From: Malacoraja senta
Lineage: Eukaryota
DNA length: 64,000 bases
Reading direction: 5' to 3'
Assembly (NCBI GenBank): GCA_038087875.1
Contig: CM075991.1
Location: 9,178,001-9,242,000 of the forward strand
Part shown: in pieces, positions 24,923 to 37,454 of the stretch
Numbering within the stretch: the first letter of the stretch is position 1
How the letters are laid out: every line of letters starts with the position of its first letter
Notes under the pieces: generated by a model
Seen by the model: the letters and a program-made list of their open reading frames with translations, nothing else
Databases searched by the model: none
What the model was told of the DNA's origin: nothing
Program-made: the position numbers and the translations under genes

Positions 24923-25289
24923 GCAGACAAGCACCCATAGTCAGGATCGAACCCGGGTCTGTGGCACTGTAAGGCAGCAGCTCTAACACTGCGCCACTGT
25001 GCCGACTTGCATTCAACTTTTGAGGGGGAGTTTGTGCTGACAGCAGCCAGTGCACTCTGAGGGAGTGAAGGGATTAGGAATCTGCCGTGAGCTCTTTATG
25101 CAGATTAGATGGTGTTACCGTTATATAATAGAGCTCTGAATCATTTTTGGACTCGGAGGCACCGCTGTTACATTTGTTTATTTTTAAATGTTAGTCTTTT
25201 TAAAAGTTGCTATTTTCCACTCCTCTGTTATTTTGGGATCTCTCGTAGCTGCACCCTGATTTCTGGCATGTGGCAGTCACTGGCAAGAC

Positions 25290-25842
25290 CGAGTATTGTG
25301 TGCAGTTTTGGTCTCCTAATTTGAGGATGGTTGCTATTGAGGGAGTGCAGCGTAGGTTCACTCTGTCATGTGCTGAGAGGAATGTCATATGCTGAGAGAA
25401 TGGAGCAGCTGGGCTTGTACACTCTGGAGTTTAGAAGGATGAGAGGGAATCTCATTGAAACATATAAGATTGTTAAGGGTTTGGACACGCTAGAGGCAGG
25501 AAACATGTTCCCGATGTTGGGGGAGTCCAGAACCAGGGGCCACAGTTAAAGAATAAGGAGTAAGCCATTTAGAACGGAGATGAGGAAACACTTTTTCTCA
25601 CAGAGAGTGGTGAGTCTGTGGAATTCTCTGCCTCAGAGGGCGGTGGAGGCAGGTTCTCTGGATGCTTTCAAGAGAGAGATGGATAGGGCTCTTAAAAATA
25701 GCAGAGTCAGGGGATATGGGGAGAAGGCAGGAACGGGGTTCTGATTGGGGATGATCAGCCATGATCACATTGAATGGCGGTGCTGGCTCGAAGGGCCGAA
25801 TGGCCTACTGCTGCACCTATTGTCTTTTGTCTATTGTCTATT
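25290..25842 (+). mobile_element. CR1-clade LINE 3' fragment
   Basis: ORF 25331-25549 and an (ATTGTCT)n tail. Confidence 0.85.
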
Positions 25843-25987
25843 CACCAGCTTAATTCCCAGTTTAAGAAAGAACAGCAGATGCTGGAAAAATCAAAGGTAG
25901 ACAAAAATGCTGGAGAAACTCAGCGGGTGAGGCAGCATCTATGGAGCGAAGGAATAGGTGACGTTTCCGGTCGAGACCCTTCTTCAG

Positions 25988-26463
25988 AATTCCCAGGATG
26001 GTGGGACTGACATATGATGAAAGAATGGGCCAACTGGGCTTGCACTCACTGGAATTTAGAAGGATGAGAGGGGATCTTATAGAAACATATAAAATTCTTC
26101 GGGGATTGGACAGGCTAGATGCAGGAAAAATGTTCCCGATGTTGGGGGAGTCCAGAACCAGGGATCATAGTTTAAGAATAAGGGGTAGGCCATTTAGGAC
26201 TGAGATGAGGAAAACTTTTTCACCCAGAGAGTTGTGAATCTGTGGAATTCTCTGCCACAGAAAGCAGTGGAGGCCAATTCACTGGATGTTTTCACAAGAG
26301 AGTTAGATTTAGCTCTTAGGGCTAACGGAATCAAGGGATTTGGGGAGAAAGCAGGAAAGGGGTACTGATTTTGGACGAAATGCCATGATCATATTGAATG
26401 GCGGTGCTGGCTTGAAGGGCCGAATGGCCTAATCCTTGCTGCACCTATTTTCTATGTTTCTAT
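25988..26463 (+). mobile_element. CR1-clade LINE 3' fragment
   Basis: ORF 25998-26237; (TATGTTTC)n tail. Confidence 0.85.
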
Positions 26464-27193
26464 GCCATGAATTGCCCATTCCTGCCCTTATTGAGGTGGC
26501 GGTGATTAGGCATCCTCTTGACCCCCCCCTGGTATTTTTTGTGTTGAGGGTTCTCCCACACTGCTGTCGGCTTGGGAAAGATAGACCTGCCAACAGCAGA
26601 AGATTTTTTACCCAAGATCTAGGACCACCTACACTGCTTGAACTTCTCTCCTCCATTGTTATGGTTGCCCCAGAGACCTGCTTGGAATACTTAATATATT
26701 ATAACTCTCCCTAGATTTGAGCACAATTCATTCTTTTATTGGTCCCCAATTCACGTTGAATTGCATGTATTAAACATTGCTTCCATTTGTGGTATAAAAT
26801 CATTTTCACCTTCATCACTCATAGCGCATTATATCATTCACTTGGGCTACGATGACATCTTCAAGAACTTAAAATTTCTTGAAGATGTCTTGAACAATTG
26901 AAAATGGTTTGCATATTGATATATTCTGTTGTGCTGCAGCAAGTAAGAATTTCATTGTCCCGTCCGGAACATATGACAATAAATCACTCTTGACTCTTGA
27001 CTTGAAAATGGGCCTGGTCACCAAAATCATCCCCTTCTCTACCTATTGTCTGTTATTTGCTGGACTATTCTCACACAAACATTATCATTATCCCCAATCT
27101 GAAGCAAAACTGGAACTAAAATAGCGCTATTATGTGGTAGAATAATGTTGGGTTGGAGGTTTGAGCAAGTGGTTATGTATTCACACTAGTGAA

Positions 27194-27910
27194 TTTGACA
27201 AACAAGTCAATGCCGTGGTAAAAGCGAGCTTCTTTCAGCTTCAGACGATAGCTAAAATAAATCAATTCCTCCAGTTTGATGACCTCGAAAAGATCATCCA
27301 CACATTCATCTCCTCCCGCCTAGATTACTGCAACTCTCTTTACACTGGCATCAGCCAATCTTCCCTGTCCCGCCTGCAACTGGTCCAAAACGCTGCAGCG
27401 AGACTCCTGACGGGCACCCGAAAAAGGGACCACATCACCCTGATCCTGGCCTCTCTCCACGGGCTCCCTGTGCGGTTCCGTATAAACTTCAAGATCCTCC
27501 TCCATGTCTACAAAGCCCTCAATGTGCTTGCCCCCACCTACATTAAAAGTCTTCTCACCCACCACTCCACCTCCAGGCCCCTCAGATCGGCCGACTTGGG
27601 GTTGCTGAATATCCCACGGTCCAGGCATAAGCTCAGGGGCGACCGCGCCTTTGCGGTTGCAGCCCCTAGACTGTGGAACAGCATCCCCTTTCCCATCAGA
27701 ACTGCCCCCTCCATCGACTCCTTTAAGTCAAGACTAAAAACTTATCTATGCTCCCAAGCCTTTCCTGACGTCCTCTGAGTGAGGGCTACATGTATATATG
27801 TCTGTAGTTTGTTTTGTTTATGCTATTCTTATAACAAATGTAAAGCACTTTGGCCAACGAGAGTTGTTTTTAAATGTGCTATATAAATAAATGTGACTTG
27901 ACTTGACTTG
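27194..27910 (+). mobile_element. L2-clade LINE 3' fragment
   Basis: 205-aa ORF with SRLDYCNSL..LQLVQNAAARL..HIT..LPVRFRINFKIL; (ACTTG)n tail; TSD ACTAGTGAA at 27185 and 27911. Confidence 0.92.
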
Positions 27911-28584
27911 ACTAGTGAAAGTTTAGCTTAGTTTAGAGATACAGCACAGAAACAGGCCCTTCGGCGCTGACCAGCGCTCCCCGCACACTAACACTATCCT
28001 ACACACACTAGGGACAATGTACATTTATACCAAGCCAATCAACCTACAGACCTGTACGTCTTTGAAATGTTTCCTCATCTCCTTCCTAAAAGAACTCTGA
28101 GACTATGACCTCTAGTCCTAGACTCTCTCACTAGTGGAAACATCCTCTCCACATCCACATCATGTAGGATTAGTGCAAAAAGATGGTTGATAGTCAAGGT
28201 CAAAAGACCTGTTTCCATGATGTGCCTCTCTGTATCTCTCTTTGTCTCTAAAACACATGTATTATGGAAGGGTAGACAGGATGCCTTTCAGTCCAAGTTT
28301 CTGTGATCACTCTTTGTAGAGCGATCAGTCAGCTTCATTCCCCCTGCAATATGTTTTCATACACAAATCCATGTCGTTTCTTCTTTGAAAGCTTCTATGG
28401 AAACCAGGCAATGAAACGTAGTCACCCACTGTGTAAAGAACGTTTCTCTTCACATATCATCCTGAACCTTCTGTCAATCCCTTCAACTGTGTTTTCTGCT
28501 CCTTCAACACTAATGGAGAACAGTGTTTATCTACTTATGTCATCCAAACTGAAAAGTAAACAGCATGCAGGCCATGGACTTCAG

Positions 28585-29071
28585 ACTTTGCACTTTGGAG
28601 ATACAGCGCGGAAAAAGGCACCTCAGCCCACCGAGTCCATGCCGACCAGCGATCCCCGTACACCAGCACTAGCCTACACACACTAGGGCCAATTTTACAT
28701 TTTTACCAAAGCCAATTAACCTACAGACCTGCACGTCTTTGGAACGTGGGAGGAAACCGGAGCACCTGGAGAAAGCCCACGCGGTCACGGGGAGAAGGTA
28801 CAAACTCCTTCCCAACAGTGAAACCAGTCGGAGAAACATGGATGGGGGAGGGATGGAGAGAGAGTCAATATTCATTCGGCTGGGTTGTAAGCTGTACTCC
28901 GTCTCGAGGAGTTATTCCCGGGATACACTCCAAAGATATGTAGGCTTAGTGTATGTGTAAATTGTCCCTCGTGTGTGTAGGAACGCGTTGGTGTGCGGGG
29001 ATCGCTGGTCAGCGCGGACCCAGTGGGCCAAAGAGTTTCTGCTCTGTATCTCTAAACTAAACTAAACTAAA
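28585..29071. mobile_element. Two opposed V-SINE 3' halves separated by a short Penelope-like piece
   Basis: Minus-strand SINE at 28585-28805, plus-strand SINE at 28925-29071; the middle AGTCAATATTCATT..GCTGGGTTGTAAGCTG resembles the reversed end of the Penelope EN region. Confidence 0.65.
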
Positions 29072-29279
29072 TTCTGTGTTTGCTGCACATTACACCTCCC
29101 GAGTTAATATTAGGGTAATTAAAATGCACCTAATATTACTATCTTAGTGCTTCTACATTTGTTGAAAATTTACATACAAATTTCCTTCTCTATCTCCCTA
29201 AGACTATTTAGTCATCTATAGTAAACACTTAACAATGTTATTCATCCTTTGTCGCTATTTAGTTGGACGCATTTACTCT

Positions 29280-29545
29280 CATTTTATGATCTTTATTACA
29301 TATCAGCTTCTACTAATGCTGTATATTCTCTTTAACCAATATTGCCACCCCCTCCCTCCTCCACTTCTTCCTCTTAATGTCCCAGCCTCACTGAAACCCC
29401 TGTAATCAGGAGCATTAAGCTCCCAATCCTGCCCCACTCTAAACCACTTCTGCATAATAGCTGCAACATCAAACTTCCATGTAACAATCAGTGCCTCTAG
29501 CATATCTGCCTTATTCAGTACACTCTTTGCATTTAGATCGACACC
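29280..29545 (-). pseudogene. Old CR1 ORF2 N-terminal AP-endonuclease remnant
   Basis: LNAKSVLNKADMLEALI..FDVAAIMQKWF..GQDWELNAPDY..GGG resembles the CR1 EN motif LNARS..K..EL..DVVAITETW. Confidence 0.75.
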
Positions 29546-29677
29546 ATTAAGCACAAGTAGGCTCCATCTTTATCTATTTTTTTTTAAACATTAGTTTCCT
29601 CTCTCTTTCATACTCTGTCGTTAATTTTCAGCATTCCATTTCCAGTTTTTTTCCCCCTTTCTGAATGTTTCCAGTAC

Positions 29678-29988
29678 TCTCTCTCTCTCTCCCTCTCCCT
29701 CTCCCTCTCCCTCTCCCTCTCCCTCTCCCTCTCCCTCTCCCCTCTCCCTCTCCCTCTCCCTCTCCCTCTCCCTCTCCCTCTCCCTCTCCCTCTCCCTCTC
29801 CCTCTCCCTCTCCCTCTCCCTCTCCCTCTCCCTCACCCTCTCCCTCTTCCTCTCCCTCTCCCTCTCCCTCTCCCTCTCCCTCTCCCTCTCCCTCTCCCTC
29901 TCTCTCTCTCTCCCTCCCTCTCCCTCTCCCTCTCCCTCTCCCTCTCCCTCACCCTCTCTCTCTCCCTCCCTCTCCCTCTCCCTCTCTC
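29678..29988. repeat. (CTCTCC)n polypyrimidine microsatellite
   Basis: Directly visible. Confidence 0.97.
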
Positions 29989-30167
29989 TTTAACCTTCCC
30001 CAACAGCACTAGCAAACCTCTTCCGAGCTGTGATCAGGCAACTGAACCATCCTTCCACAACTAGAGTGCAGTGGTGCAGATCCCACACTTTGGTGACCCC
30101 CGGACTATCCTTGAAATTACTTTGCTGGCTTTACCTTGCACTAAATGTTAGTCCCTTATCATGTATC

Positions 30168-31140
30168 ATGAGGGAATTGAAGGCAATATATCCAAGTTTG
30201 CGGATGACACTAAGCTGGGGGGCAGTGTTAGCTGTGAGGAGGATGCTAGGAGACTGCAAGGTGACTTGGATAGGCTGGGTGAGTGGGCAAATGTTTGGCA
30301 GATGCAGTATAATGTGGATAAATGTGAGGTTATCCATTTTGGTGGCAAAAACAGGAAAGCAGACTATTTTCTAAATGGTGGCCGACTAGGAAAAGGGGAG
30401 ATGCAGCGAGACCTGGGTGTCATGGTACACCAGTCATTGAAAGTAGGCATGCAGGTGCAGCAGGCAGTGAAGAAAGCGAATGGTATGTTAGCTTTCATAG
30501 CAAAAGGATTTGAGTATAGGAGCAGGGAGGTTCTACTGCAGTTGTACAGGGTCTTGGTGAGACCACACCTGGAGTATTGCGTACAGTTTTGGTCTCCAAA
30601 TCTGAGGAAGGACATTATTGCCATAGAGGGAGTGCAGAGAAGGTTCACCAGACTGATTCCTGGGATGTCAGGACTGTCTTATGAAGAAAGACTGGATAGA
30701 CTTGGTTTATACTCTCTAGAATTTAGGAGATTGAGAGGGGATCTTATAGAAACTTACAAAATTCTTAAGGGGTTGGACAGGCTAGATGCAGGAAGATTGC
30801 TCCCGATGTTGGGGAAGTCCAGGACAAGGGGTCACAGCTTAAGGATAAGGGGGAAATCCTTTAAAACCGAGATGAGAAGAACTTTTTTCACACAGAGAGT
30901 GGTGAATCTCTGGAACTCTCTGCCACAGAGAGTAGTCGAGGCCAGTTCATTGGCTATATTTAAGAGGGAGCTAGATGTGGCCCTTGTGGCTAAAGGGATC
31001 AGAGGGTATGGAGAGAAGGCAGGTACGGGATACTGAGTTGGATGATCAGCCATGATCATATTGAATGGCGGTGCAGGCTCGAAGGGCCGAATGGCCTACT
31101 CCTGCACCTATTTTCTATGTTTCTATGTTTCTATGTTTCT
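30168..31140 (+). mobile_element. Young 5'-truncated CR1 LINE with an open RT C-terminal ORF
   Basis: 291-aa open frame with KFADDTKLGG (RT catalytic motif), WQMQYNVDKC and RDLGV; (TATGTTTC)n tail; TSD ATGTATC at 30161 and 31141. Confidence 0.95.
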
Positions 31141-31181
31141 ATGTATCTGTACACTGTAAATGGCTCGATCGTAATCGTGGA

Positions 31182-31369
31182 CAGATGCTCCCCGATTTAC
31201 GATGATTCGACTTGCGATATTTCGACTTTACGATCGGCAAACGCTCGGCAACGGCAGCGAGCCGCACGTCACATCCAGTCACGTGGTCGCAATGTATTAA
31301 ACTTGCGATATTATTGATTTGCGATGGGTTTATCGGAATGTAACCCCATCGTAGGTCGATGAGCAGCTG
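31182..31369. mobile_element. Tigger/pogo-type MITE (Tigger5/MER47-like)
   Basis: TIRs CAGATGCTCCCCGATTTACGATG / CATCGTAGGTCGATGAGCAGCTG; TA on the right flank and GA on the left; subterminal CGACTT(T)ACGAT repeats. Confidence 0.8.
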
Positions 31370-31467
31370 TATTGTCTTTCTTCTGACTGGTTTGCACGCA
31401 ACAAAAGCTTTTCACTGTACCTTGGTACGCGTGACAATAAACTAAATCAATAACTGGTAAGTGAGAT

Positions 31468-31686
31468 CAGTGGTTCCAGTCCTATTCCAGTGGTTCCAGT
31501 CCTTTTCCAGTGGTTCCAGTCCTTTTCCAGTGGTTCCAGTCCTTTTCCAGTGGTTCCAATCCTATTCCAGTGGTTCCAGTCCTATTCCAGTGGTTCCAGT
31601 GGTTCCAGTCCTATTCCAGTGGTTCCAGTGGTTCCAGTCCTATTCCAGTGGTCCCAGTCCTACTACAGTGGTTCCAGTGGCTCCAG
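31468..31686. repeat. Minisatellite, 20-bp unit CAGTGGTTCCAGTCCTWTTC with 9-bp sub-repeats
   Basis: Directly visible head-to-tail array. Confidence 0.95.
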
Positions 31687-31804
31687 CCTGCCAAACTTTG
31701 GCAGGGTTACACTTTCCCCAGAATCGGTCCTATGCCTCAGGGTAAAACAGTGACGTAAATGGTGGAGCCATTGCCTAACGCTGCCGGGAACCTGGGTCCA
31801 ATCA

Positions 31805-32020
31805 TGTGTGGAAAGGAACTGCAGATGCTGGATTATACCGAAGATAGACACAAAGTGCTGGAGTAACTCAGTGGGTCAGGCAGCATCTCTGGAGAAAAAG
31901 GATGGGTGATGTCTCGAGTTGGGTCCCTTCTTCAGACAGGGTCCCGACCTGAAACGTCACCTATTCCTTTTCTCAAGATGCTGCCATTGAGTTACTCCAG
32001 AACTTTGTGTCTATCTTTGG
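31805..32020. mobile_element. Penelope-derived short repeat, inverted pair inside a SINE
   Basis: Opposed copies interrupt a SINE that begins at about 31748 and resumes at about 32030. Confidence 0.7.
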
Positions 32021-32260
32021 TAAAATCGTGACCTTGGGTGCTGTCTTGGTGGAGTTTGCATTTTCTCCCTGTGACTCTCTCCATGTGAGGTTCCTCTGGG
32101 TGTGGGGGTTTCCTCCAACATCTCAAAGATGCACAGGTTGGTAGGTCAATTGGCCTCCGTAACCCCTGGGTGTGCAGGTGGAGGTAGAATCTCAATGGGG
32201 GGGTCACTGAGTATGTGGGGAAAATAATAAAATGAGATGAAGGTAGGATTCATGCCAATG

Positions 32261-32421
32261 ATGGTCAGCATGGACTAGTGGGCCGAATGGCCTGCATCAT
32301 AGTCTATTGAGCCATGGAATCATGGTCATATGGTCAGCATGAACTAGCGGGCCGAATGGCCTGCATCATAGTCTATTGAGTCATGGAATCATGGTCATAT
32401 GGTCAGCATGGACTAGTGGGC
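32261..32421. repeat. 69-bp tandem duplication (about 2.3 copies) of a SINE tail
   Basis: ATGGTCAGCATG at 32261, 32330 and 32399. Confidence 0.9.
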
Positions 32422-32729
32422 ATTTTATGTCTATCATCAGTGTAAACCGCATCTGCAGTTCCTTCCTACACATTTTGTGATTTGTCTAATTCTCTCTCTA
32501 AACCACACCATTCATTCATTAATTAACTGCACAGTTCCAAAAGTGTTCTGTCGTACCCTTCATCACGAAAATCCTGAGAACTATATTCTGCACTTGTATC
32601 TTTCCCATTGTGCCATCTATTGTACTTGAGTTTAGCTTGGTTGTATCTCTAAATAGTATTATCCAATTTGATTTAATAGCATGCGAGAGTCTAGAACCAG
32701 CGGGCACAGCCTCAGAGTAAAAGGACGTA

Positions 32730-32968
32730 CCTTCCCATCAGAACTGCCCCCTCCATCGACTCTTTTAAGTCGAGACTTAAAACTCATCTTTACTCTCAAG
32801 CCTTTCTTGACGTCCTCTGAGGGAGGGCTATATGTATGTATTTATGTATGTACTTAATCTATGAACCACTGTTGTATAACGTTAGTACCTCCACCAATGT
32901 AAAGCGCTTTGGCCAACGAGAGTTGTTTTTTAAATGTGCTATAGAAATAAAAGTGACTTGACTTGACT
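32730..32968 (+). mobile_element. L2-clade 3' fragment nested in a CR1 fragment (about 32685-33225)
   Basis: Matches 27690-27910; (ACTTG)n tail. Confidence 0.85.
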
Positions 32969-33719
32969 TCAGAATGGAGACGAGGAAGAATTTCTTTGCC
33001 CAGAGGGTGGTGAATCTGTGGACTTCATTGCCAGAGACGGCTGTGGAGGCCAAGAGATTTTTAAGATGGAGATGGGTAGGTTCTTGATTAGGAACCTACC
33101 CATCAAAGGTTACGGGGAGAAGGCGGGAGAGTGGGGTTTAGAGTGGAAAATCGATCGGCCATGATTGAATGAATGGCGGAGTAGACTTGATGGGCTGAAT
33201 GGCCTAATTCTGCTCCTATATCTTACTTAAAGTCTTGAAACAAAGCTTTTCAGTGCACGTGACAATAAACCTGAACGTATCTCCACCTTCTCCCTGTTGT
33301 TCCCTCAATTCTCGTTACCCCCTCCTCTCCGTGGTTTAGTCCACTTCTTTCCACTGGAGTGCTTGTAGATTTTCTGTTCATTCGCCGTGTTCATACATAT
33401 TTATCCAACTGCTGTGGATCATGTTAAAAAATATGGACTATAAGTGTGTTTGAGTAGTAATAGGAGTAACATTTCGTATTCTGCAAAATCCATTAGGCTG
33501 GCACAACCAAAGTCCCAAGGGTGTTAGTTGATTTGAGTTTTACTGTCCCTGCTTACCATTGCAAGTTTGAAGAAACCTAATGCTGGAATTAAGTTAAACA
33601 AATGAATGTTTAAAATGAAATTATCCCCTTATTTGCTGTAAAAAAAAGTCCACCCTCGCTAATAACTGCACTAAGTGGGCGATGTGTACTCTGCTGTAGG
33701 ACATGAATGGTGTGTGAGC

Positions 33720-34000
33720 TTAGTTCAGTTTAGAGATACAGTGTAGAAACAGTCCCTTCGGCCCACCGGGTCCATGCACATACCATCGATCCCCAAACAC
33801 CAGCACTATCCTGCACACAACTTACAATCTTTACCGGAGCCATTTAACCTACAAACCTGTACCTCTTTGGAGTGTGGGAGGAAACTGAAGCACCCGTGGG
33901 TAAACCCTATGCGATCACGGGGAGAACGTACAAACTCTGTACAGACAGCACCCGCAGTCAGGATTGAACCTGGGTCTGTGGTGCTGTAAGGCAGCAACTC
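33720..34000 (-). mobile_element. V-SINE (HE1-like)
   Basis: Reverse-complement SINE pattern. Confidence 0.8.
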
Positions 34001-34689
34001 TGTGGGAGGGCTCTCTTTGTTTCCTTATCACTGGCTATTGATTTTATGTTAAAAGCAATGCACTGCCATTTGCTACCTATGGTCCCCTTCAAAGCAACAA
34101 ACATTCATCTAACCAACCCCCTGCCCCCCACCATCCTCCAAATCCATAGCTCTTGTTTCACCAAGGTCCCATATTTACTTGGTTGGGGATGGAAGGGTGT
34201 GGAGGTGGCAACATCACTTCATAAGTTCATACATTCATATGTGATAGGAGCAGAGTTAGGCCATTCGGCCCACCAAGTTTACTCCGACAATCATGGCTGA
34301 TCTATCTCTCCCTCCCAACCCCGATTCTCCTGCCCTCTCCCCATAACCCCTGCCTAACCAAGAATCTATCTATCTCTGCCTTAAAAATATCCATTGGCTT
34401 GGCCTCCACAGCCTTCTGTGGCAATGGCATCCAGATTCCCATGCACGTCGTCAACTGTGCTTGTCTTGATAAATAACTCAGGGAGAGAAAAAAACATACA
34501 CATGTTAATATTCAACAGTCCATCATTTTTACAGCACATTTCAAGAGGAGAGTGGGTGGATAAATGCGAGAGAGCTTTCTCTTCTATTCTTGAGGTGATT
34601 ATAGATGGCCTTTAGCAGCCTTCATGGATATAACCTGGTAATTAACGGAGTGAAGAGGAGGTAGGTCCAGGCAAAGGGAATAAAACCCT

Positions 34690-34840
34690 TTGCATTTATA
34701 CAGCGTATTATTATCCTGCCTGTCAAGAGATGCCTTAAAAACACTACACATTCACTGAATCACTTTGAAATTCAATTGATGTTATATAAGCAACAGCCAG
34801 ATGACGTTCAGAAATATTCCACGGCTGGCAAGGTGATGAG
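34690..34840 (-). mobile_element. Ancient Deu-domain SINE relic (SacSINE1/AmnSINE1-like 3' end)
   Basis: TTGCATTTATACAGCG..CACTTTGAA..CAGCCAG resembles the reversed 3' end of that family (recalled consensus). Confidence 0.45.
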
Positions 34841-34871
34841 TGCTCAGTAACACTGTCAGCTTTCAACTTTA

Positions 34872-35188
34872 TAGCCCTGCCCCACGGTACGATTTCATTC
34901 CAAGAGCTCTCCCGAGTTTAAAAAAAATCAAACACGTGGTAAGCATGGAGAATGAAGGTAGCGGGTACGTTGGAGCTCGGGGACGTCTCTTAGCGGCTCG
35001 TCACGCTAACGGCAGGTACTCGGGAAGACTCGCTAACGGCAGGTAAGCTCGGGAAGACTCGTGAAGATTTTTCAACATGTTTGAAAAATGTCCACGAGAG
35101 CCCCGAGTACCGACGAGCGGCCATTACCGTAAATCTCCGAGTTCGAATCAGAGCTCTTGGAATGAACTCGTACCGTGGGACAGGGCTT
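34872..35188. mobile_element. PIF/Harbinger-type MITE, family A
   Basis: Reverse-orientation copy of 31-361; TSD TTA/TTA. Confidence 0.85.
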
Positions 35189-35853
35189 TTAGACTTTAGA
35201 GATACAGCACAGAAACAGGCCCTTTGCCCACCGAACCAACGCTGAAAGGCCTGTTTCTGCTCTGTGCCTCTAAAGTCTAAATTTTAGAGGAGATGCCAGA
35301 GGAAGGGAAGTGGCCGAGGAGAGGTTCGAAAACAAGCTGGGGAATTTTATAGTCTCAGTGTACGTCAGGGAGCATGGGATGATGGGCAAACGGGATGGAC
35401 CAAACGTGAGCAGATAGGACTAGCGTAGCTGGGACATATTGGCTGGTGTGGGCATGTTTGGCTGAAGGGCCTTTTTCCAAGCTGTATCTCTCAATGACCA
35501 CATGACTCAATAAAGCTCGCAGAGTACCTGAATACTCATCGCCTCCAGTCTGAAGAATGGACCGTAACGTCACCCATTCCTTCTCTCCAGAGATGCTGCC
35601 TGACCCGCTGAGCGTTTTGTGTCTATCTATGGAAGGTTTGGGGACTGGAATCAACAGCTTGAAATTACAACCACAATGGACATAGTGTAGAAACAAAGAA
35701 CTGCAGATGCTGGTTTACAAAAGAAGGTGCAGAGTGCTGGAGTAACTCAGCGGGTCAGGCAGCATCTCTGCAGAACATGCTGTGGACGAGCGGTGGACAA
35801 GCTGGAAGAGAACAGAAGCAGGACTATGTCCCACCATCTGCCCATCTAAAAAC

Positions 35854-36234
35854 CAAAGATCCTATAGATAGACCATTCCTGCTAAATGCAATGGGCTGAC
35901 GTGTAGTACGCAACGGAACGCAACATGTGCCTTTTTTTCATCCATTTCCGTAACCCGACCCGACTCGCAGTGTAATCAACGTTGCGGGGGAACAGTTTGT
36001 GTTAATAAATTAAAATTCCGAAAATGAGGAGAAGATTTTTCCCAAAGAACTTTGATTTTTACGAGGATGTTTCCGTAACCGGCTTCCGTCTCCGCACTAG
36101 TCTTCTATGGGATCTTTGGTGCGGTGACGGAAGCCGGTTACGGAAATGGGGCCGAAAATTACCCATGAATCTGCCCATGACCGTACTACGTCTTTTTCGT
36201 CGAGTGGACTATCTTGCTCGCTATAGGATCTTTG
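35854..36234. mobile_element. Non-autonomous DNA transposon with an 8-bp TSD (hAT-like)
   Basis: TIR CAAAGATCCTATAG / CTATAGGATCTTTG; exact TSD CTAAAAAC; second copy at 49125. Confidence 0.85.
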
Positions 36235-36712
36235 CTAAAAACTCTCCTCACTTGTATCAACCTATTATTTGGGCTTAGTTCTGCCAATCCTCTTTTCCAG
36301 CTTTCTCCAGCGCTTACCGCTGCTCCACCGCGTTGAGTTGTGTAGTGTGTACACAACTTCAAGTTGTGTCGTGTGTCAGTTTGGTTTATTGTCACGTGTA
36401 CCGAGGTACAGTGAAAAGCTTTTGTTGCAGCACATGCTATCCAGGAGGCAGGAGGACAATTCATGATTACAATCGAGCCATTTACAGTGTACAGATAGAT
36501 ACATGATAAGGGAATAAGGTTTAGAAAAATAGAAACATAGAAAATAGGTGCGGGAGTAGGCCATTCGGCCCTTCAAGCTTGCACCGCCATTCAATTTGAT
36601 CATGGCTGATTATCCAAAATCAGTACCCCGTTCCTGCTACTGTATCTCCCCATATCCCTTGATTCTGTTAGCCCTAAGAGCTATATCTAACTCAAGGTTA
36701 AGTTAAGGTACA

Positions 36713-36929
36713 ACGGCCTGTCCCACTTTCACGACCTAATTCACGACCTCTGCCGAGTTTGCCCTTGACTCATACTCGCAGCATGGTCGTCACGAGGTCG
36801 TAGGTAGGTCGTGATGCTAGCCGTAGGTACTCGTGGCATCAAGTAGGTCGGGGCGTTTTTCTAACCTGATGAAAAATGTCCACGAGTAAAAAGGGTCGTG
36901 AATTAGGTCGTGAAAGTGGGACAGACCCT
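36713..36929. mobile_element. PIF/Harbinger-type MITE, family B
   Basis: Opposite-orientation copy of 3701-3947. Confidence 0.8.
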
Positions 36930-37454
36930 TAAAACTAGCAAAGTCTGATCAAGGATAGTCCGAAGGTCACCAATGAGGTTGATAGTAGTTCAGCAAGTAT
37001 CTGCACCCCCTGCTGCATCACTGCGGAGAGTCGAACAAGGGAGGTTGGCAGATGTGCGCTAGTTTAGTTAAAGTGAGGTTCTTTCACAGAGACCTGGGTC
37101 CGAATGTGACCACAAGCCACTTTCTGTGTGGTTCTCTCTCTCTCTCTGTGAATTGCAGTTGTGATTATGGATAAAGGTGGAAGCTAAAAATAGCTAATTG
37201 TGTATTCCCCAATCTGATCCATCATATTGTATTCCTTTTTATCTTACGACAAAATCTAAAGAGAATAACTGAACACTATCTTATGAAATATGCTACTTCA
37301 TCTGCTCCTACTCAGTTACACATAGCTTCATAAATGCAAGTGAATCTGCCTAGAAATTGGACAGATGAAGTATGGCGGAAGGAACTAAAGACTTTAACGC
37401 CCCTCCCATTGTCAATGGAGAGGTCAACACCTCCTCGAACACCTCAATATCTCC

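Larger units (their letters stand above)
30020..31450 (+). mobile_element. Rex1/Babar 3' end/UTR repeat hosting a CR1 and a Tigger-like MITE
   Basis: Starts with AVIRQLN-coding sequence and ends GTGACAATAAACTAAA. Other copies lie at about 4345, 4575, 36376, 51835, 56410, 60160 and 61575. Confidence 0.7.

Noticed and set aside
29621..30015. RE/PS/RG-repeat ORFs
   Set aside because: Translations of a (CTCTCC)n microsatellite.
30161..31036. Host gene or autonomous reverse transcriptase
   Set aside because: 5'-truncated CR1 copy; the start codon comes from the TSD, and EN and most of RT are missing.
31468..31686. CRISPR-like array
   Set aside because: Head-to-tail units without unique spacers, no cas genes, eukaryotic context.
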